Origin: Candidatus Omnitrophota bacterium
Lineage (GTDB): Bacteria; Omnitrophota; Gorgyraeia; B26-G9
DNA: 64,000 nucleotides
Assembly (NCBI GenBank): GCA_043826565.1
Contig: JBDRPX010000028.1
Span: 16,607-80,606 of the forward strand
Reading direction: 5' to 3'
The notes beneath the pieces were generated by a model. That model searched no databases. It was not told the DNA's origin and saw only the letters and a program-made list of their open reading frames with translations. Position 1 is the first letter of the stretch. Every line of letters begins with the position of its first letter. This document shows positions 59,240-64,000 of the stretch, piece by piece. Position numbers and translations under genes: made by a program.

Positions 59240-60139
59240 ATGATCAGGAAAGTTAAGAAATATATTACTGTTACGATGATGGTATCTATCCTTTCTGCGG
59301 GGGGAATTTGTCCGGCACAAGATTTTAAAATGGAAGCTGACGCGCATTACCAAAAGGGGTTGATTTTATATCATCAAGGCAAATATGATCAAGCCCAGGA
59401 AGAATTTAGCCAAGCCAAAGAATTGCTTAAAAAAAACGAAGCCGAAAAGCCGGCTGTTTTAGAAAAAAAAACAGAAGTGATTAAAAAACAGACGAAAGTG
59501 ATCGAACTTAAGGCAGAAGATAAAAAAGAAGATACTGTGCCTAAAAAGAAACCGGTTATTGAATATACTATCGGAGCGGGTGATGAGCTGGTTGTTTCGG
59601 TATGGGAAAACGCGGATCTTGATAGAGAAACGATTGTGCGTCCGGATGGTAAGATATCTTTTGCGCTTATTGGAGATATGAAAGCTGCCGGGCTTACGAT
59701 TGAACAGTTTAAGAATAATTTAACCGAAGCTCTTCAAGAATATATCCGTTATCCTCAGGTATCTGTTTACATAAAAAAAATGGGTGGGGAAAAAGTCATT
59801 GTTTTAGGAGAAGTGCATGACCCGGGAGTGTATGAGGTTACCGGCCGCAGGACGATTTTAGAAGCTATCGGCATGGCCGGGGGATTTACCAAAGAAGCGG
59901 TGCTGAAAAGTGTGATTTTGGTCAAAGGCGGTGTGGATCAGCCTGTGCCCAAAAAGCTTAATCTTACCCGGGCTTTGTATAAAGGTGAAAGTATTGAGAA
60001 TGTCGTTCTTGAATCTGAAGATATCGTTTATGTGCCGAGTAAGGTTATTTCCGACGTAAGCTATTTCCTTAAAACAATTCTTGATCCGATCACATCCAGT
60101 ATTTATATAAATAAAGAAGTTCGTACTTGGGGAGAGTAA
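59240..60139 (+). CDS. Polysaccharide export protein (Wza/Poly_export plus SLBB domains)
   Basis: Signal peptide. 'YTIGAGDELVVSVWENADLDRETIVRPDGKISFALIGDMKAAGLTIEQFKNNLTEAL' is the Poly_export/PES motif. A second SLBB-like 'YVPS' segment. Confidence 0.75.
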   Translation: MIRKVKKYITVTMMVSILSAGGICPAQDFKMEADAHYQKGLILYHQGKYDQAQEEFSQAKELLKKNEAEKPAVLEKKTEVIKKQTKVIELKAEDKKEDTVPKKKPVIEYTIGAGDELVVSVWENADLDRETIVRPDGKISFALIGDMKAAGLTIEQFKNNLTEALQEYIRYPQVSVYIKKMGGEKVIVLGEVHDPGVYEVTGRRTILEAIGMAGGFTKEAVLKSVILVKGGVDQPVPKKLNLTRALYKGESIENVVLESEDIVYVPSKVISDVSYFLKTILDPITSSIYINKEVRTWGE

Positions 60140-60142
60140 TAA

Positions 60143-61446
60143 TGGAAGATGTGAAGTTAGTAACTAAAAATATTAAATCATTTGCTTCAAATAAAGAAAT
60201 TGAATCTGTATTTCGTCCGATGAAATTAATTCACCATGCCCTTATGAAAAAGCAGTGTCCGGGCAATGACTACTTAGGCTGGCTGGATTTGCCTTCTAAA
60301 TTACCGGCAGCGCTGATCAAGGATATCGAGCAAACCGCAAAAAAGATAAGAAAACAGGCCGATGCTTTTGTCTGCCTGGGGATTGGCGGGTCATATCTGG
60401 GAGCTAAAGCGGCTATAGAATTTTTAAAACCGACATTTGCTAATGAACTGAATACGGAAAAACCGAAGATTTATTTTGCCGGACATAATTTAAGTGCGGA
60501 TTATCTCGCGGATCTATTTAGCGTATTAAAGAACAAAAAGATCGTGGTTAATGTAATATCAAAATCAGGCACAACTACTGAGACTGCGGTAGTATTCAGG
60601 ATCATTAAGCAGTATATGGAAAAGCTCTATGGTAAAAAGAAATTAAAAGACAGGATTATTTGCACGACGGACCAATCAAAGGGAGCTTTACTTAAATTAG
60701 CCAAGGATGAAGGATTTAAAACTTTTGTGATTCCGGATGATGTGGGCGGCAGGTTTTCTGTGCTTACTCCGGTGGGGCTTTTACCGATTGCTGTAGCCGG
60801 GATCAATATTCGCGAGCTTTTAAAAGGTGCGGCTGATTTTGAAAAAAAATGCAATAGTTTAACCTTGCGCAATAATCCGGCATATCAATACGCGGCGATA
60901 AGACATATTCTTTATAAAAAAGGAAAAGTTATTGAGATATTATCATCTTTCCATCCAGCGCTTCATTATATCTCGGAATGGTGGAAACAGCTTTTTGGCG
61001 AAAGTGAAGGCAAGGATAATAAGGGGGTTTTTCCGGCATCATGTGATTTTACTACAGATCTGCATTCTTTAGGGCAGATAATTCAGGAAGGACAACGTAA
61101 TATATTTGAAACATTTATGGTCATAAATAAAACTTCGGCAAAATGCAGTATTCCCAAAGACAAAGAAAATCTGGACGGTTTAAACTATTTGGCGGGTAAG
61201 GATATTGAATTTGTCAATCGTAAGGCTTATGAGGCCACTGCCAGTGCGCATTATGACGGAGAAGTGCCGAATATGACCATTGAAATACCTTCACGTAATG
61301 CCTATTCTCTGGGGCAATTATTTTATTTATTCGAAAAGGCGATCGCGATGTCCGGATTACTTAGCGGCGTGAATCCGTTTAACCAGCCGGGCGTAGAAGC
61401 TTATAAAAAGAAAATGTTTAAGCTGCTGGGCAAACCGGGAACATAA
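60143..61446 (+). CDS. pgi: Glucose-6-phosphate isomerase
   Basis: RBS GGGGAGAG then ATG 60143. 'CLGIGGSYLGAKAAIEF', 'VISKSGTTTETAV', 'FGESEGKDNKG', 'VNPFNQPGVEAYK' are PGI family motifs. Confidence 0.85.
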
Positions 61447-61561
61447 TAATAGGACATCCTGAGAGGTTCCACGAACAAAGTGAAGTGCAACCGGGAGTGT
61501 AATAGGAAACTTGGCTTATAGCTTATGGTTAATAGCTGATGGGAAAAACAGATACAAGATA

Positions 61562-61594
61562 AAAGTCACAAGTCTCAAGTTACAAGTCGCAAGA
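61562..61594. repeat. Tandem heptamer array (AAGTCNC-like x4); a second TCAA-unit array lies at 61631-61658
   Basis: 'aaagtcacaagtctcaagttacaagtcgcaag' and 'ttctcaattttcaatactcaatattcag' read directly. Confidence 0.7.
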
Positions 61595-61680
61595 AAAAAT
61601 AAAACTATGCCGAAGTTCGGTTTATTACTATTCTCAATTTTCAATACTCAATATTCAGTAATAAAATAAATAAAAAACTT

Positions 61681-61863
61681 ATGGATTGTAAAAAGTGTAA
61701 AAAATCATTGGCCCAGTTTCTGGACGAGCAATTGGCCAAATCACAGCAGCGATCCATGGAAAAACATCTTAAGAGCTGCCCCAAGTGCGCGGATAATCTC
61801 AAATCTCTGCAAAAAATGATCTCGATCATGCGTACCATGAACAGTGAAAAATCCCCTGAATAA
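61681..61863 (+). CDS. Small zinc-finger protein (zf-HC2 anti-sigma-factor-like)
   Basis: 'CKKCKKSLAQFLDEQL...HLKSCPKCADNL' is a CxxC...H..CxxC pattern typical of anti-sigma zf-HC2 N-termini. Only 60 aa. Confidence 0.4.
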   Translation: MDCKKCKKSLAQFLDEQLAKSQQRSMEKHLKSCPKCADNLKSLQKMISIMRTMNSEKSPE

Positions 61864-61982
61864 AAATATGCATTTTGTTAGAAGATATCCTGTCTTTACC
61901 GGCGAATAGCCGTCCGGATAAACCGAGGAGCATTTTTAATCATAACATGTTTATTTATAGCTGGTTCTGGCTATGGATTTAT

Positions 61983-62011
61983 TTGCAAAAACCCCGTCAA
62001 TATGGTATACT
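61983..62011 (+). promoter_or_regulatory. Sigma70-like promoter TTGCAA-N17-TATACT upstream of the Kdo-transferase-like gene
   Basis: TTGCAA at 61983-61988, 17-nt spacer, TATACT at 62006-62011. About 85 nt upstream of the ATG at 62095. Confidence 0.35.
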
Positions 62012-62094
62012 TTAAAACCTTTTCTAATTCATGAAAACTTATTGTAACATGTTTAAGATGTTTAAGTTAGTTAAATAATAATTAAATTAAAATT

Positions 62095-64000
62095 ATGAAA
62101 ATATATAAAAAAATAAACCACATAATAATAATTTTGCTGGTGCAGGCACTGGTGATAGGCAGCATTGCTTTCGCGGCCCCGGAAATCATTGATGTGCCGC
62201 GCCGGACACAGGTTAATCTGGCGCCTTCCTTAGGAATTAGCAATTCGGGTTTCCAAAGAGCGTTTACTGATAAAAGCGGAAATAATTCACAACGGCTTCC
62301 CCTGAATAATGTTAAAAAAGTCGGGGCAAAGGTGGAGAAATTAAGGGGGAAAACTGAAGTTCTGGTTAAGCGTATAGTTGAAGCTGTTCTGCGTAAACTG
62401 CCGGATGGATATGTCGCGAAATTTTTATATTGGCAGATGCTGGTTGCCAGAAAATTAAGAGATGTGCATTTCAAAGGTTTTTTAGAGGAGATCTCTTTTA
62501 AAAGGATAAGCCGGTGGTTTAATTATCAGGGTGAACTTTCCCGGGAATTAGCCGGGGAAAAGATCATCTGGATTAATGGGATCGATGTTGGAGAGTGGAA
62601 TATCGCCGAATCATTAGTACGTGACCTGCAAAAAAAATATCCCGGACATAAACTAGTACTCTCTTCTCCTTATAAGATGGGTGTTGAATACGCTAAAAAT
62701 AAATTTCCCGGAGTTAAGGTAGTGTATACTTCTTACGGAATGCCGGTACTTAGGCCGGGTTTTTTTAAAAGCATTAATGTGGAATTGTTCATCATGATCG
62801 AAGGCCCCGGGCGTTCTGTTCCGGAATGGTTTAAAGCGATTAAACAAAAAGGCGGAAAGGTTATTGTGGTCAACGGACTGGCGCATTCTTTTATTGATAG
62901 AGTTTCCTATCGGGCATATCCGGATGAATTGTTTGGCAATATTGATGTACTTCTTGTGCGGGATCAGGCAGAACTTCAACAGATTCGCAACGATGGGTTA
63001 CCGGTTTCCCAGGTACAAGTAGCCGGAGATATAAAATTTGATACTTCTTCAATAACGGTTTCTGAGAGTCAACAGGAACAATTAAGGAATCTTTTGGGAA
63101 TAAATAACAATACTCCGGTTTTATTAGCCGGCAGTACCTGGCCGGGAGAACCGGAAATAATAATCCGGGCTTATGAAAAATTGAAACAGAAATATCCGGA
63201 TTTAGTTTTAATTCTCGCGCCCCGGCGGATGGATACAGTGGAGGAAACAATGGCGGCAGTGCCGAAGCGGTTTAGATGCCTCAGAAAAACAGAATTAGCC
63301 GCGGATCGTTCTTTTAGTTCTCCGTCGCCGGATATTGTGGTTCTGGATACGGTAGGGGAATTGCGTCAGTTTTACAGTATTTGTTCAGTAGCGATTATCG
63401 GGAATAGTTTTGGAAAGCAGCATGGAGGGCATAATCCCTTAGAACCGGCTAACTTTGCTAAACCGGTGGTTTTCGGCCCGAACATGGAACATTTTGCGAC
63501 AATGACCAGTTTGATGTTTAAAAGAAATGCGGCCATACAGGTAGCGGACGAAACAGAGTTATATGCCGCGTTAGAACGTTTATTTTCCGACAGCCGCCTG
63601 CGTGTTGAATATGGTAATGCCGCGCATCAGGTACTTCAGGAAAACCGCGGAGCAGTAGAGCGGACAATGCAGGTAATAGACGGCTTATTGAATCCGGAAC
63701 AAGTTCAGGATGTTGCGGGTGTGGAGGGTATAAGGCAGAGAGATAAATATGATTATGATGATATTTCTGCGTTGTACGGTAAGGTTTATGAGCGGAGGAA
63801 GCTGCAGGGAAATATGGGGTGGCTGATCAATCATATCCGCCGGGGTGCGGCAATAGTAGAAAATGTCGCGGATAGAATGGGGCTGAGTAAGAAAGATAAA
63901 GCAATAGTGCTTAATGCTTTTTTTATGCATGATCTGGGAAAACTATATAGTGAAGATTTATGGGCGATTGTTTCTTCGAATGAAATATATCCCCGAAAGG
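62095..64000 (+). CDS. 3-deoxy-D-manno-octulosonic-acid (Kdo) transferase-like glycosyltransferase with a C-terminal HD-domain extension; partial, continues past the window end
   Basis: My own translation reads with no stop from the ATG at 62095 to 64000 (it is absent from the ORF track because it has no in-window stop). N-terminal TM. 'IWINGIDVGEWNIAESL' and 'GGHNPLEPANFAKPVVFGPNMEHF' resemble Kdo transferase (WaaA/KdtA). The last ~70 aa, 'INHIRRGAAIVENVADRMGLSKKDKAIVLNAFFMHDLGK', look like an HD domain. Confidence 0.6.
   Translation, partial: MKIYKKINHIIIILLVQALVIGSIAFAAPEIIDVPRRTQVNLAPSLGISNSGFQRAFTDKSGNNSQRLPLNNVKKVGAKVEKLRGKTEVLVKRIVEAVLRKLPDGYVAKFLYWQMLVARKLRDVHFKGFLEEISFKRISRWFNYQGELSRELAGEKIIWINGIDVGEWNIAESLVRDLQKKYPGHKLVLSSPYKMGVEYAKNKFPGVKVVYTSYGMPVLRPGFFKSINVELFIMIEGPGRSVPEWFKAIKQKGGKVIVVNGLAHSFIDRVSYRAYPDELFGNIDVLLVRDQAELQQIRNDGLPVSQVQVAGDIKFDTSSITVSESQQEQLRNLLGINNNTPVLLAGSTWPGEPEIIIRAYEKLKQKYPDLVLILAPRRMDTVEETMAAVPKRFRCLRKTELAADRSFSSPSPDIVVLDTVGELRQFYSICSVAIIGNSFGKQHGGHNPLEPANFAKPVVFGPNMEHFATMTSLMFKRNAAIQVADETELYAALERLFSDSRLRVEYGNAAHQVLQENRGAVERTMQVIDGLLNPEQVQDVAGVEGIRQRDKYDYDDISALYGKVYERRKLQGNMGWLINHIRRGAAIVENVADRMGLSKKDKAIVLNAFFMHDLGKLYSEDLWAIVSSNEIYPRK

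Noticed and set aside
31997-61660. Heptamer tandem arrays considered as mini-CRISPR arrays or tRNA/ncRNA genes
   Set aside because: Units are 7 bp with no spacers. Arrays are 30-50 bp long and composed of AT-rich simple sequence. They have no tRNA cloverleaf features (no GTTC/T-arm motif) or CRISPR repeat-spacer structure.
62082-63250. Three minus-strand ORFs (62082..62474, 62653..62979, 62891..63250) listed in the ORF track
   Set aside because: The + strand in the same region translates without stops from the ATG at 62095 to the window end and gives a convincing Kdo-transferase-like protein. The minus ORFs overlap each other and look spurious.
1-64000. Search for rRNA and tRNA genes in the longer spacers (26933-27143, 39165-39461, 46392-46729, 61447-61680, 61864-62094)
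   Set aside because: None contains tRNA-like conserved elements (GGTTCGA T-loop, acceptor/anticodon arm symmetry) or rRNA-like conserved blocks. They look like promoter/terminator or repeat sequence instead.

Overview
This is a 64-kb AT-rich fragment, most likely from an uncultivated Gram-negative (diderm) bacterium. The diderm call rests on an LpxL/HtrB-type lipid A acyltransferase, a Kdo-transferase-like gene, a TolB-like propeller, two secretins and a Wza-like exporter. Coding is dense and almost entirely on the + strand; only 4 credible minus-strand genes are present. Start/stop overlaps (ATGA/GTGA) indicate operons. The window has three parts. (i) 0-17.5 kb is a cell-surface accessory region. 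It holds small secreted proteins, a 2498-aa modular adhesin made of about 12 recently homogenised 200-aa Ig-like/FlgD-Ig modules, a TolB-like protein, a FlgD-Ig lipoprotein, and a 1406-aa RHS/YD polymorphic toxin. The RHS C-terminal domain is uncharacterised and is followed by small membrane and secreted immunity candidates. (ii) 17.5-46.5 kb is mixed housekeeping and accessory. It contains a DsbD/CcdA-like protein, an Fe(III)-type ABC transporter, an AbiEi/AbiEii type IV toxin-antitoxin pair, and two tandem response-regulator/HD-GYP paralogs. It also has mtnP, an IS3 remnant, envelope-lipid and glycosyltransferase genes, pcm, priA, fmt, two tandem GalT-like paralogs and gap. (iii) 47-64 kb is a secretin-centred envelope cluster. 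An ExeA/MshM-like ATPase, a PilP/GspC-like protein, a secretin and a coiled-coil/TPR protein are followed by a second secretin plus coiled-coil/TPR copy, a G10-tract-bearing HD-GYP-like gene, a coiled-coil protein and a Wza-like exporter. Then come pgi and a Kdo-transferase-like gene running off the window end. Many 5' intergenic regions, and two CDS starts (the second secretin and fmt), carry tandem 7-bp-periodic simple repeats with TTGA/TCAA cores. No rRNA, tRNA or CRISPR array was found. All domain assignments are from reading motifs in the translations; no database searches were run.
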